Source: a virus | Lineage: Duplodnaviria > Caudoviricetes | Virus record (IMG/VR): IMGVR_UViG_3300017913_002922 | Coordinates: 1 to 30,210 of that record | Strand: one strand, 5' to 3' | DNA: 30,210 nt | Shown here: piece after piece, positions 16,382-25,577 of the stretch | Layout: each line of letters starts with the position of its first letter | How positions within the stretch are numbered: the first letter of the stretch is position 1 | Program-made: the position numbers and the translations under genes | The notes under the pieces: model-generated | What the model was told of the DNA's origin: nothing | Databases searched by the model: none | Seen by the model: only the letters and a program-made list of their open reading frames with translations

Positions 16382-18263
16382 AGCGGCGCTGCGCTATGCC
16401 AGCTGGGGCTGGCATGTGCTGCCGCTTAGACCGAACTCAAAGATCCCGGCCACGGCGCATGGGGTCCATGACGCAACCACCGACCCGGAGCAGATCCGCA
16501 AGTGGTGGACCCGGGATCCGGAGATGAACATCGGCGTCGCCGCGGGGAAGGTGAGCGACCTGTCGGTCTTCGACGTCGACCCCAGGAACGGCGGAGAAGC
16601 CGGCTGGGAGGGCTGGATTGAGGCCAACGGGCCATGCCCGGAGGGTGCCATGCAGCTGACCGCAGGCGGTGGCTATCACTTCCTGGCGCAGTACACGGAC
16701 GAGATCCGCTCCTGCAAGCTGGCCACGGGCGTGGACCTCCTCAGCGACGGGCGCTACTTCGTGGTCCACCCGTCCACCATCGACGGCCGCACCTACGAGT
16801 GGGAGGGGAGCTCGGACCCCGCCGAGGGCATCGGGCCCTTCGCCGTACCCCGGCGGTGGATCGACGCCTACCTCGGGAACCGCAAGGACGTGGGCACGCG
16901 CATCGCGAGCAGCATTATCAAGGGCAGCCGGAACGACGGGCTCCTGTCCTACGGCGGCATGATGCGCCGGGGTGGGGCAACGGAGGCAGAGATCCTGGGC
17001 GCGCTCACTATCGCGAACGAGCAGCGCTGCGAGCCACCGCTGCCGGACAGCGAGGTCAGGCACATCGCCCGCAGCGTGGCACGCTACGACCCAGAGCTCG
17101 ACGTGGCCGCGGACACGGCCATGGGCGCGGCGGCGATCAAGAACCTGCTCCACCACCAGGAGCCCGAGAACGACTGGCTGCAGCCGGCGGACCAGATCCG
17201 GCACCAGCCCGCGCCCATGGGGTGGAACATCGACCCCTGGCTGCCCGAGCAAGGCCTGTGCATGGTCCACGGGCCTAGCGGGGCGGGGAAGTCCTTCTTG
17301 GTCTTGGACTGGTGTCTGCACGTCGCCACGGACATGAAGCTCTGGAACGAGCGCGACGTCGAGGACGGGGACGTGGTCTACCTCGCCGGGGAGGGCCACT
17401 ACGGCCTACGGGCGCGGATCCATGGGTGGATGTGCCACCACCGCCAGGACGCGAGCAGGCTCCATGTGAGCTCGCACGGGGTCGATATCAACACCGCCGC
17501 GGGCTTCAAGCGCGTGGTGGACGGCATCAAGGCCAGCGGGCTCAGGCCCAAGCTGATCGTGATCGACACACTGCACAGGCATATGGCCGGGGACGAGAAC
17601 AGCGCCCAGGACACGAAGGGCATGATCGAGGCCATGACCAGGCTCCAGGACCTGTTCGGCTGCCTGGTGGTGCTCGTGCATCACACGGGCAACAGCGAGG
17701 AGGCCCAGCACCGGGCGCGCGGGAGCAGCGCCTGGCGGGCGGCGATGGATATCGAGATCAGCGTCACCCCGGGCAAGCGCGGCAAGCCCGCCACCGTGAC
17801 CATGCGCAAGGCCAAGGACAGCGAGGTCGCAGACCCGGTCGCCTTCCAGCTGAGCAAGATCACCGTTCCGAGCTGGTACACGCGCCGGGGCGAGGCCGTC
17901 ACCACCGCGATCGTGACCATCACCGAAGGCGGGGCGCAGGAGGAAGGCGCGGCGGAGGAGAAGGCAAGCGATAAGCGTGCGACACATTTAAGGATCATTG
18001 AGCGCGCGTGGTATGAAGGGGAGGGGCAGTTTAAGGATGACGTGCCATATGTAGAGCGGGAAGTTCTAAGGGCGATGCTGGAGAAAGATGGCCGGAAGCC
18101 GCGGGGGATTCGCAATGCGTTAAACCCGAGCTATGGGGACCAGATAATTGGGTTTTTAATAAATAGCGGTGACATTAAAGCAGATAAAACGGGATGGTTT
18201 ATTGAGGCCAAGGACCTGCGATCGCAGCTGGCTGTAAGGCTTGGGCAGCGGCATGACCCTTAG
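16359..18263 (+). CDS. bifunctional primase-polymerase + PriCT + RecA-fold (AAA_25/RepA-like) helicase
   Basis: GWHVLPL..SKIP, NIGV, FDVDPRNGG, GGGYH; GSRND..CEPPLPDSEV; GPSGAGKS, YLAGEG, IVIDTL, VLVHHTG, RGSSA. Confidence 0.92.
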   Translation: MKLNTMLEAALRYASWGWHVLPLRPNSKIPATAHGVHDATTDPEQIRKWWTRDPEMNIGVAAGKVSDLSVFDVDPRNGGEAGWEGWIEANGPCPEGAMQLTAGGGYHFLAQYTDEIRSCKLATGVDLLSDGRYFVVHPSTIDGRTYEWEGSSDPAEGIGPFAVPRRWIDAYLGNRKDVGTRIASSIIKGSRNDGLLSYGGMMRRGGATEAEILGALTIANEQRCEPPLPDSEVRHIARSVARYDPELDVAADTAMGAAAIKNLLHHQEPENDWLQPADQIRHQPAPMGWNIDPWLPEQGLCMVHGPSGAGKSFLVLDWCLHVATDMKLWNERDVEDGDVVYLAGEGHYGLRARIHGWMCHHRQDASRLHVSSHGVDINTAAGFKRVVDGIKASGLRPKLIVIDTLHRHMAGDENSAQDTKGMIEAMTRLQDLFGCLVVLVHHTGNSEEAQHRARGSSAWRAAMDIEISVTPGKRGKPATVTMRKAKDSEVADPVAFQLSKITVPSWYTRRGEAVTTAIVTITEGGAQEEGAAEEKASDKRATHLRIIERAWYEGEGQFKDDVPYVEREVLRAMLEKDGRKPRGIRNALNPSYGDQIIGFLINSGDIKADKTGWFIEAKDLRSQLAVRLGQRHDP

Positions 18264-18418
18264 GGTCAAGGGTCAAAAGGGTCAGGGTCAAAAGGGTCAG
18301 CAACGAGGCCTTGACCCTAACCCTGTACCCCCTGTTGTTAAACCAGGGGTCAGGGTAAAGGGTCATGGTCGAGCTCGCGTGAGGACGGAGGTCATGTTGT
18401 GAGAAGGTTTCAGGGTCA
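18254..18418. repeat. AGGGTCA iteron cluster, candidate replication origin
   Basis: Direct copies at 18262, 18269, 18278, 18284, 18293, 18359 and 18412; inverted copies at 18254 and 18312; further variants. It follows the primase-helicase, whose 3' end is AT-rich. Confidence 0.75.
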
Positions 18419-18701
18419 TAGGCCGGCGGTCGCCGACGGCTGGGTGTTCGACGGGAGCGTCGGTAAGGCGGAGGATGTGGACTGGCTGCTGTTCCTGCGG
18501 CGGCTTGATGATAGGGAGGCGTGCTCGGGGAAGTTATTTGCCGACGGCCATGTAATTAATAAGGCGAACTACTGGTTTATTTTAACCGAGGCCGGCGAGT
18601 TAATTGGGACGGATATTAAGATCCTGAAGAATAACCGGCCCGAGGTTTTTAATATGCTGGCGCGGCACCTGATGCTGGACGAGGAGGAAGACGATGGCTG
18701 A
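18399..18701 (+). CDS. hypothetical protein (100 aa)
   Basis: GTG start after GGAGG; overlaps the terS start. Confidence 0.55.
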   Translation: MRRFQGHRPAVADGWVFDGSVGKAEDVDWLLFLRRLDDREACSGKLFADGHVINKANYWFILTEAGELIGTDIKILKNNRPEVFNMLARHLMLDEEEDDG

Positions 18702-19224
18702 GCAGAAGCGAGGACCAGGGCGACCACCGAAGGCGCGGCGGAAGGAGGTCGTGCCCGTACCGCCGAGCTTTGAGCCGGACGAGGAGTTCGGGCTGACGGA
18801 GATGCAGGCGGCGTTCGTGTTCTGGTACACCGAGGGCGCGTGCTCGGGGACAGAGGCGGCTAGGCGGGCGGGCTTCAGCTTCCCGGCCGCGAGCGCGAGC
18901 AGGCTGATCAACGGGCGCGACCATCCGAACGTGGTCAAGGCGATCAACGTCAAGCGTGACGAGATGCGCACGAAGTACGCGATCACGCCGGAGAAGACCG
19001 GGCGCGTGCTGTGGGAGATCACCGAGGAGGCGTTCAAGAACGGCGCGTACAACGCCGCGGTGTCGGCCGTGAAGGAGCTCAACAACCTGGCGGGGCTGAC
19101 GATCCACCGGACGCAGAACCTGAACATCAACGCCAACCTGGACCAGATGACCAAGGAGGACATTACGCGCAGGCTCAACGAGCTCCTGGGCGTCGATGAG
19201 AGCTTCGCGGACAAGGACCGGTAG
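18694..19224 (+). CDS. terS: terminase small subunit
   Basis: LTEMQAAFVFWY...TEAARRAGFS...ASRLI..HPNVVKAI HTH, and an AAVSAVKELNNLAGL oligomerisation segment. Confidence 0.82.
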   Translation: MAEQKRGPGRPPKARRKEVVPVPPSFEPDEEFGLTEMQAAFVFWYTEGACSGTEAARRAGFSFPAASASRLINGRDHPNVVKAINVKRDEMRTKYAITPEKTGRVLWEITEEAFKNGAYNAAVSAVKELNNLAGLTIHRTQNLNINANLDQMTKEDITRRLNELLGVDESFADKDR

Positions 19225-19509
19225 GGTAGCTCGTCTTTTGGGAGAACGTGGCTGAGAGGGCAGCACAGGAGCTCTCAGGGCCATGCGAAGGGGTCAGGCA
19301 GGGAATGGGGTGGGAAACAGCGCAGAGGGCCTCTCTCGATGCCCTCTGCTTTTTCCTCGAAAAAATCGATTTTTTCTGTCGATTCGATCAGGTTTCGTTT
19401 GTCTATTGGCGTCTCGGGCGGCCGCATTTTGCCCGCAATTGGTCAAAAATTGTACAGCTTGTGCGCCCCTGCTCACAGCAGCGCACCCGCATCGCGTGCT
19501 TTTGGCCCT

Positions 19510-19610
19510 TAAGTGCTTGATTTGCAAGGGGTTTGTCCCCTCCAGGCGCCGCCAGGCGGTTCATGGGACTCCTGGGGGTCGGCAAAAAACCTAGAAAAAT
19601 CAAGGGGTTA
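19510..19610. promoter_or_regulatory. pair of oppositely oriented IHF-consensus sites in a candidate packaging region
   Basis: TAAGTGCTTGATT (19510-22, reverse) and AATCAAGGGGTTA (19598-610) both match WATCAANNNNTTR exactly. Confidence 0.65.
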
Positions 19611-19838
19611 GGGGGTGGCACCCCCCTTTTGGCGACCTCGCGCGAGGCGCATAGCTTTAGCTAAGTTCACCGCACCCAATCATCAAAAATTCTCAGCGCA
19701 ATCCCAAGGTACCCTAGGCCCCGGCAGGATCCTGGCCCTGGAGACCCCCCCTCCGAAGGGACCCCACCCCCTTCTGCACCTTGTGCCCATGGGCCCCCTG
19801 GGGTATACAATCGTGCAAAATTTTGGGGTGTTCAAAAA

Positions 19839-20288
19839 TTGACCAACTCACGGCAGAAGGGCGCGGCCTTTGAGCGCGACATCGTCAAGCGCCTGAACGG
19901 CTTCGCCGCGAAGCACCACCTGAACTTCAGCTGCAAGCGCAACCTCGACCAGTACCAGGCCCGGGACCTGTGCGATATCCAGATCCCTGGCCATGCGATC
20001 GAGTGCAAGGCCTACAAGGACGGCTTCTGGTTCCGCGCCGACTGGTGGGCGCAGGTGGTACGCGCGAGCGACGGCCGGATCCCGGTCCTGGTCTGGAAGT
20101 TCAACAACAAGCCCATCCGCGTGACCCTCCCGCTCTACGCCATCGCCCGGGACCTGCCCGAGGACCCTGACCGCACCTGTGTGGTTTTACTGGAGGAATG
20201 GTTTACTATCCTCCGGGAGAACTGGACAACCTACGGGCCTGACGATGGCAAAGAGTCCCCGGAGAGCGGTAACCCAGACAGCCCTTGA
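19839..20288 (+). CDS. PD-(D/E)XK Holliday junction resolvase-like nuclease
   Basis: NSRQKGAAFERDI, DIQIPGHAIECKAY and WWAQV...PVLVWK. Confidence 0.8.
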   Translation: MTNSRQKGAAFERDIVKRLNGFAAKHHLNFSCKRNLDQYQARDLCDIQIPGHAIECKAYKDGFWFRADWWAQVVRASDGRIPVLVWKFNNKPIRVTLPLYAIARDLPEDPDRTCVVLLEEWFTILRENWTTYGPDDGKESPESGNPDSP

Positions 20289-21777
20289 GACCGCCGAGCG
20301 CTTACTGCGCTCCCTGCGCGGTGCCGACGATGACGTCGCCGCAGAGGCCGCGCGCCTGGCTGAGCTTTCACGGATGCGTCGCATGCGTGAACCGGAAGGC
20401 GCCGCGCCTTACGAGCTCGCCCTAGGCGAGCCCAGGCTGCCCGGGGCCCCGCGGCCGCCGGATATCCCGGGGGTGGGGATTGTCTCCCTGGGGCCTAACC
20501 CGGAGGTGCTGGCCGCTGCCCGGGCTTACTCGGAGCGCTCTGGGATCCCCCTGCGGGAGGTTTTGCGTTTCCCGGCGTTCAACCCCGAGCGTGCCGCGCG
20601 CATCGGCCGCGAGTACGACCTCATGGCCCACCAGCCCCAGGACCCGGCCACGGCCCGGTCCTACGGAACGATGATCGACGAGACCCTGGGCCAGTACGAG
20701 GACCTGCTCTCCGCCGGGATCGAGCCCTACTTCATCCGCGGGCAGGATCCTTATGCCGCGAGCCCCTACCTGGCCCTGGCCGACCTGGCTGCGAACAAGC
20801 GCCTGGGGGTGTTCCCCACGCGCTCGGGCTTTGGCTCCAACGAGGCCTTTGACCCGGCCCAGAACCCGCTCCTCGCGGAGACGCCGTTCATGCTCGATGG
20901 CGAGCCCATGCTCGCGAATGACGTCTTCCGGGCCGTGCATGACGTGTTTGGCCACGGCCCGGCTGGCGCTGGCTTCCGCGGCTCTGGGGAGGAGATGGCC
21001 TACCAGACCCATGCGGGGATGTATTCCCCCGAGGCGCGCCGGGCTTTGGCTTCTGAGACCCGGGGCCAGAACAGCTGGCTCAACTACGGGCCCTTTGGGG
21101 AGCGCAACCGCACCGCCAGCATCGAGGATACGATCTTCGCCGACCAGAAGACCGGGCTCATGCCCCGCTGGGCGAGCGAGGAGGGCCTGGAGATCCACCA
21201 GGACCGGGTGAAGCGCTTCATGGACGAGGTAAGGCGCGGCGATACGCCGGTGCAAGGCGCGGTGGATACGGAGACCGGGGTGGTAACCCTGGTCCACTAC
21301 GCGCCCCGGGAGCTCTCGCGGATCGACCCGGAGATGTACGGCACGGGCCTGTCCCGCCGCACCCGGGGCGAGTTCAACCGCCTAGCCGGCCCGGATGCGC
21401 CCCGGCGGTCCTACTACGGGATCGAGAGCCTGAATAACCCTTACCGCCGCGAGGCGGGGCTCGGGCCCGTCAAGCACGAGGTCCAGATCCAGGGCGAGCT
21501 CCTGTACCCGCTGGGCAAGGACCCCGATGGGCTGCGTAAGCTCATGACCGGCCAGAGCCCGGAGGAGCGCATGACCGACCTTGAGCGCCGTATCGCGGAT
21601 ATGGGCTACTCGGGGTATATTGCAGACGACCCTGTGCTCGGGGCGGTGGCGGCGATCTTCGACCCGCTGGATGTGCGCCGGGTGATCCAAGGCAAGGCCG
21701 AGGGTGGTGAGGTGACGAGCGAGATCCGGAAGATCCTCGTGCCCCTGACCGTGGCCAATGTGGAGAGCGCTGCGTAA
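20245..21777 (+). CDS. two-domain polyvalent protein: zincin-like metallopeptidase + ADP-ribosyltransferase-like domain (510 aa)
   Basis: NDVFRAVHDVFGH...GEEMAY..H...SETRGQN, then LVHY...IDP..YGTG...SYYG...GYSGY. Confidence 0.6.
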   Translation: MAKSPRRAVTQTALETAERLLRSLRGADDDVAAEAARLAELSRMRRMREPEGAAPYELALGEPRLPGAPRPPDIPGVGIVSLGPNPEVLAAARAYSERSGIPLREVLRFPAFNPERAARIGREYDLMAHQPQDPATARSYGTMIDETLGQYEDLLSAGIEPYFIRGQDPYAASPYLALADLAANKRLGVFPTRSGFGSNEAFDPAQNPLLAETPFMLDGEPMLANDVFRAVHDVFGHGPAGAGFRGSGEEMAYQTHAGMYSPEARRALASETRGQNSWLNYGPFGERNRTASIEDTIFADQKTGLMPRWASEEGLEIHQDRVKRFMDEVRRGDTPVQGAVDTETGVVTLVHYAPRELSRIDPEMYGTGLSRRTRGEFNRLAGPDAPRRSYYGIESLNNPYRREAGLGPVKHEVQIQGELLYPLGKDPDGLRKLMTGQSPEERMTDLERRIADMGYSGYIADDPVLGAVAAIFDPLDVRRVIQGKAEGGEVTSEIRKILVPLTVANVESAA

Positions 21778-24700
21778 TGGGTGGAATAGCGAAGCTAGCC
21801 GCGAAGGGTGCCAAGAACCTCTTTGACCTGAGCGACCTCCGGAGCGTTCCTGACGTTCCCCAGGTGCCCCTTGAGCGCTACGACCCGCCCCGGGGCATGC
21901 CCAAGGGCCTGGCTTCTATCGTTACCCCCAAGAACGCCCGCCGGCTTGAGGAGATCGCCCGCCGCGGCATGGATATGGGCGGCCCCGAGTGGTACAACCT
22001 GGAGCCCCTGCGGCTGAAGTTCGTGGCCGAGATGGGCGAGGAAGAGGGTAACCGCCTCTTCCGGCGCTATGTGGACTATGTGGCCGCGACCTCGCCCCGG
22101 TCGAAGGTGGACGCGAACATCCGCCGCGGGTCTTACTTCTACGGCCGGGAGATGCAGGGCCTGCCCGTGGCGGACCTGAAGAATCCCCAGCTGCCCAAGG
22201 GCTATGGCCATCTAGCTCACGAGACCCAGAACGCGCTCCTGCGGGATTTGGAGGGCGGCGGGACCTTTGCGGCCCTGAACCGGCCCAAGACCACCTCCTT
22301 CGCCGAGAACCTGGCCGGCAACCAGCGGCCCATGACCATCGATACCCACAACATGGCCCTGGTCGTGGGCCCCAAGCGCTCCCCGTCGCAGACCGAGTAC
22401 CGCTACCTGGAGGACTTCCAGGCCGAGATCGCCGACAAGCTCGGCCTGACCCCGGCCCAGTTCCAGGCCTCGCTTTGGGTTGCTGGCGATACGGGGGTCG
22501 CGAACCCGCGGCCCTTCATGGAGATCTTCGACCAGGTGGTCGAGCGCACGGCGGTCAAGGACAAGAAGAGCAAGGAGCAGGCCCTCAAGGACTTCATCAC
22601 CGGCGAGGCCCCGCTCTTTGGCCTGGGGACGGTCATGTCTGGGCTCGTGCTCCAGGACGGCACCCCTAAGGCTCAGGACATGGCCGTCGGCGGGGCGGTG
22701 TCTAGGGCCATCGCCCGCCTGATGGAGGCCGGCATGCCGCGGGAGGTGGCTGAGCGGGTCGTGCGCGGCGAGATGCCGCCGGCGCTCCCGGATCGCGCGC
22801 CCCCGCGCCTGACCTTCTCAGCGGACAATCCCAAGGCGATCGGCGCGATCCCGAACATCCTCAACTTCGTCGACCAACCCTTCTACCAGATCCTGGAAAA
22901 GGACCTCATCCCCGAGCTGGTGATGATGTCCCCCGACGAGTACATCACCGAGGCGTCGAGGATCCTGTCCCGCCAGTCCCCTGGGGAGGCTGACTTCGAT
23001 AACGTCGTCCGCAGCCGCACCCAGGACATGGAGTACCTCCAGGGGATCCAAGAACTCCTCGATCAGGGCGCGGACTTCCAGGTCCCGTTCCTGGACTACA
23101 AGCGCGGCGGCCAGGAAGGGCTTCACCGCACGATCGCTGCCCGGAACCTCGGGGAGGAGCAGATCCCCGTGATGGTTATGCGCTCCGTCAAGGGCGATAA
23201 CTACATCCCCCTGACCCAGGCCGAGCAGGACGCCATGAATGCGGCCAGGCTTGAGGACCTGCGGGCGAAGGGCTACCCGGAGTCGACGGTCCAGAAGATC
23301 ATGGGCGACGAGCTCTCCATGAACCCCGAGCTTCGCCGTGAACGTGCCTATCGCCAGGGCAAGCGGCAGCGCCTCTTCCACGCCGGCAGCCCTGAGCTCG
23401 CGACGGCCACGGAGCTCGACCCGGACGCTGGACGGTTTGGACGCTCCGGGAGCGGGGTTTGGATGACCCCGGAGCCGGTGCTCGCGAACACCTACGTTCC
23501 CCCGGGGGTCGAGAACGCGGGCACGATGTACGAGTTCCTGGTTGATGATTCCAAGTTCCCGATATTTATCGGGAGCGGGAACTGGGACGAGGCCGTCGGG
23601 GACCTGTACACCCCTGATTACGAAAGGATCCTTGAAGACGTCTCCGGGACCACCAACGAGATCGCGCGCCAGGTGCGCGAGATGGGCTACCCGGGGATGA
23701 AATTCACCGGGATTAGCGACGTGGGCCCGAACTACCAGGCGGCTAAGCGCTCGGCTGAAATGATCGCCCCCCAGTACGGGATGGAGCCCAAGGAGCTCCT
23801 GGACTCCACGATCGGCGACCGCGCCGTTGACGACTACGATGTCTATACGATCTTCGACCCCAGCGTCGCCCGCTCGCCGACCGCCGCCTTTGATCCTGAC
23901 CAGGTCGATTCGCCGAACCTCATGGCCGGCCTAGGCCCCGCCGCCATCGGCGCGGGACTGTTTGGCGCCAGCATGGCCCCCGAGGAAGCGGAAGCCGCCG
24001 GCTTTGGCACCCTGGCCCGGGCCATTGGCCGACCCACCCAGCGCCTGTTCCAGGGATCACCGTCGAAGTTCGCAACCCCGAGCCTGCAGAGCGTGGGCAC
24101 GGGCACCGGCAACCAGGCCTTTGGCTATGGGCTGTACTTCACCGACGCCCCGGATATCGCCGGCACCTACAAGCGCGGCCTGGCGAACAAGAAAATGATC
24201 CAGAGCATAGAAGACCAGGGCCTAGTGCCCGGGGTGACCGCGGGCGAGCTCGACGACATGATCGACGACGGGGTTTTCGGCGAGGCCGAGACCCGCTTCC
24301 TGCGCGCCCTGCAGGACACGGACTACCTGGGCTTTGATAATGCCCACAACGCGGCCATGGTCGCCCTTAAGCGCGGGGACCTGGCCAAGCGCTACGACGC
24401 GGCCGGTGACCCGGCGGTGGCGAACCTCGATAAGCTCGCCAACGAGCTCGGGTTCCTCTACGAGGTCGAGGTGCCCGAGGGCAACTTCATCGAGTGGGAC
24501 CTGCCCCTGGACCAGCAGCCCGAGGTGGTTCAGCAGGTGGTGAAGCAGAATGCACCACCTGAGTTTAAGGACCGCATCGAGAGCGGGCAGTTCAAGGGCC
24601 TGGAGGCCTACTACCTGTTCGGGAAGAACCCCGAGGTCAATAGCATGATGTGGGCCCAGTACGGGGTGCCCGGGGTGCGCTACAGCGCCGTGCGAACGAA

Positions 24701-25577
24701 GGAGGGCAAGGTAAGCCCGGACGCCCCGCGCAACTACGTTATCTTCGACGAGAACCTGATCAACATCGTGCGCCGGAATGACGAGGCCCTGGAGAACAAC
24801 TTCGACGAGCTTGCTGCCCGGGCCTCGGCGACGGATATCCGTAAGCCTTTGGCCGCTATCTTGGCCGCCGGCGCGGCGGGGACGACCCAGGCGGGGCAGG
24901 ATGACGTGCCGGACTACATGCGTCGCCTCGATGGCACGATCAAATCCGAGCGCGGATTCCTGGGCCCGATCCGGAATAACGTATCCGGCCGCACCATGAC
25001 CGAGGTATCTATTGGCCAGCCGGGCTCGGAGGAGGGTTTCTACCCGCTCCTGGTCCCGACCCTGACCCAGGAAGAGATCGAGACGATCGCGAACCTGGAC
25101 CTTGAGCGCGAGCGCCCACCCCGGGCGATCATCGAAAAGGCCCGGGCCCACGCCATGGAGCGGATTGATCGAGGCCTGAGCCCGTTCTATCAGGACGGAG
25201 AGGACGCCCCGGCGGATAATTTCGGTGAATATGATGCCCGCACGTCCCAGCGTCTTGGCCAGGAGCTCGATCGGCTGATGCAGCTTGCCGAAATCCGGCG
25301 TCAGCCCAAGATTGAGCCTCTTCAGGACCTCTATGGGCTCGCGACGGCGGGTGATTACCTGCTAGAAGACCGTCCCGGCGAGATGGATACGCTTCAGCGG
25401 GCCCTGCAGCGCCTTGATTTGGGCCAAAGCCTGGGGGATTACCTCCAAACGACCGGCTATGGTGACCGAACGACGGCCATGCAGGACTTATTCGCCGCTT
25501 TGGACATTTTTGACGTCCTCGGGCTTGCCCCAGGGGCCGGAAAAGCTGCTGGCACCGCGATTCGCGCGGCTCAGTGA
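21777..25577 (+). CDS. large polyvalent protein (1266 aa): HhH-glycosylase-like, ParB/Srx-like, two ART-PolyVal-like domains, one unknown domain
   Basis: WY..AATSP..N..PKTTSFAENLAG..TIDTH..QASLW; MSPDEY..QEGLHR..IPV; LFHAG..GVWMT..ANTY..GYPG..IFDPS..RS; FQGSP..GTG.G.QAFGYGLYF..LYEV..NYVIFD. Confidence 0.7.
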   Translation: MGGIAKLAAKGAKNLFDLSDLRSVPDVPQVPLERYDPPRGMPKGLASIVTPKNARRLEEIARRGMDMGGPEWYNLEPLRLKFVAEMGEEEGNRLFRRYVDYVAATSPRSKVDANIRRGSYFYGREMQGLPVADLKNPQLPKGYGHLAHETQNALLRDLEGGGTFAALNRPKTTSFAENLAGNQRPMTIDTHNMALVVGPKRSPSQTEYRYLEDFQAEIADKLGLTPAQFQASLWVAGDTGVANPRPFMEIFDQVVERTAVKDKKSKEQALKDFITGEAPLFGLGTVMSGLVLQDGTPKAQDMAVGGAVSRAIARLMEAGMPREVAERVVRGEMPPALPDRAPPRLTFSADNPKAIGAIPNILNFVDQPFYQILEKDLIPELVMMSPDEYITEASRILSRQSPGEADFDNVVRSRTQDMEYLQGIQELLDQGADFQVPFLDYKRGGQEGLHRTIAARNLGEEQIPVMVMRSVKGDNYIPLTQAEQDAMNAARLEDLRAKGYPESTVQKIMGDELSMNPELRRERAYRQGKRQRLFHAGSPELATATELDPDAGRFGRSGSGVWMTPEPVLANTYVPPGVENAGTMYEFLVDDSKFPIFIGSGNWDEAVGDLYTPDYERILEDVSGTTNEIARQVREMGYPGMKFTGISDVGPNYQAAKRSAEMIAPQYGMEPKELLDSTIGDRAVDDYDVYTIFDPSVARSPTAAFDPDQVDSPNLMAGLGPAAIGAGLFGASMAPEEAEAAGFGTLARAIGRPTQRLFQGSPSKFATPSLQSVGTGTGNQAFGYGLYFTDAPDIAGTYKRGLANKKMIQSIEDQGLVPGVTAGELDDMIDDGVFGEAETRFLRALQDTDYLGFDNAHNAAMVALKRGDLAKRYDAAGDPAVANLDKLANELGFLYEVEVPEGNFIEWDLPLDQQPEVVQQVVKQNAPPEFKDRIESGQFKGLEAYYLFGKNPEVNSMMWAQYGVPGVRYSAVRTKEGKVSPDAPRNYVIFDENLINIVRRNDEALENNFDELAARASATDIRKPLAAILAAGAAGTTQAGQDDVPDYMRRLDGTIKSERGFLGPIRNNVSGRTMTEVSIGQPGSEEGFYPLLVPTLTQEEIETIANLDLERERPPRAIIEKARAHAMERIDRGLSPFYQDGEDAPADNFGEYDARTSQRLGQELDRLMQLAEIRRQPKIEPLQDLYGLATAGDYLLEDRPGEMDTLQRALQRLDLGQSLGDYLQTTGYGDRTTAMQDLFAALDIFDVLGLAPGAGKAAGTAIRAAQ

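Noticed and set aside
18254-18418. AGGGTCA repeats as a CRISPR array or telomere
   Set aside because: The units are 7 bp with irregular short gaps and mixed orientation, with no unique spacers. An iteron interpretation fits the context better.
19248-19842. Short ORFs downstream of terS
   Set aside because: They have atypical composition and overlap palindromes and IHF-like sites, so the region is treated as non-coding.
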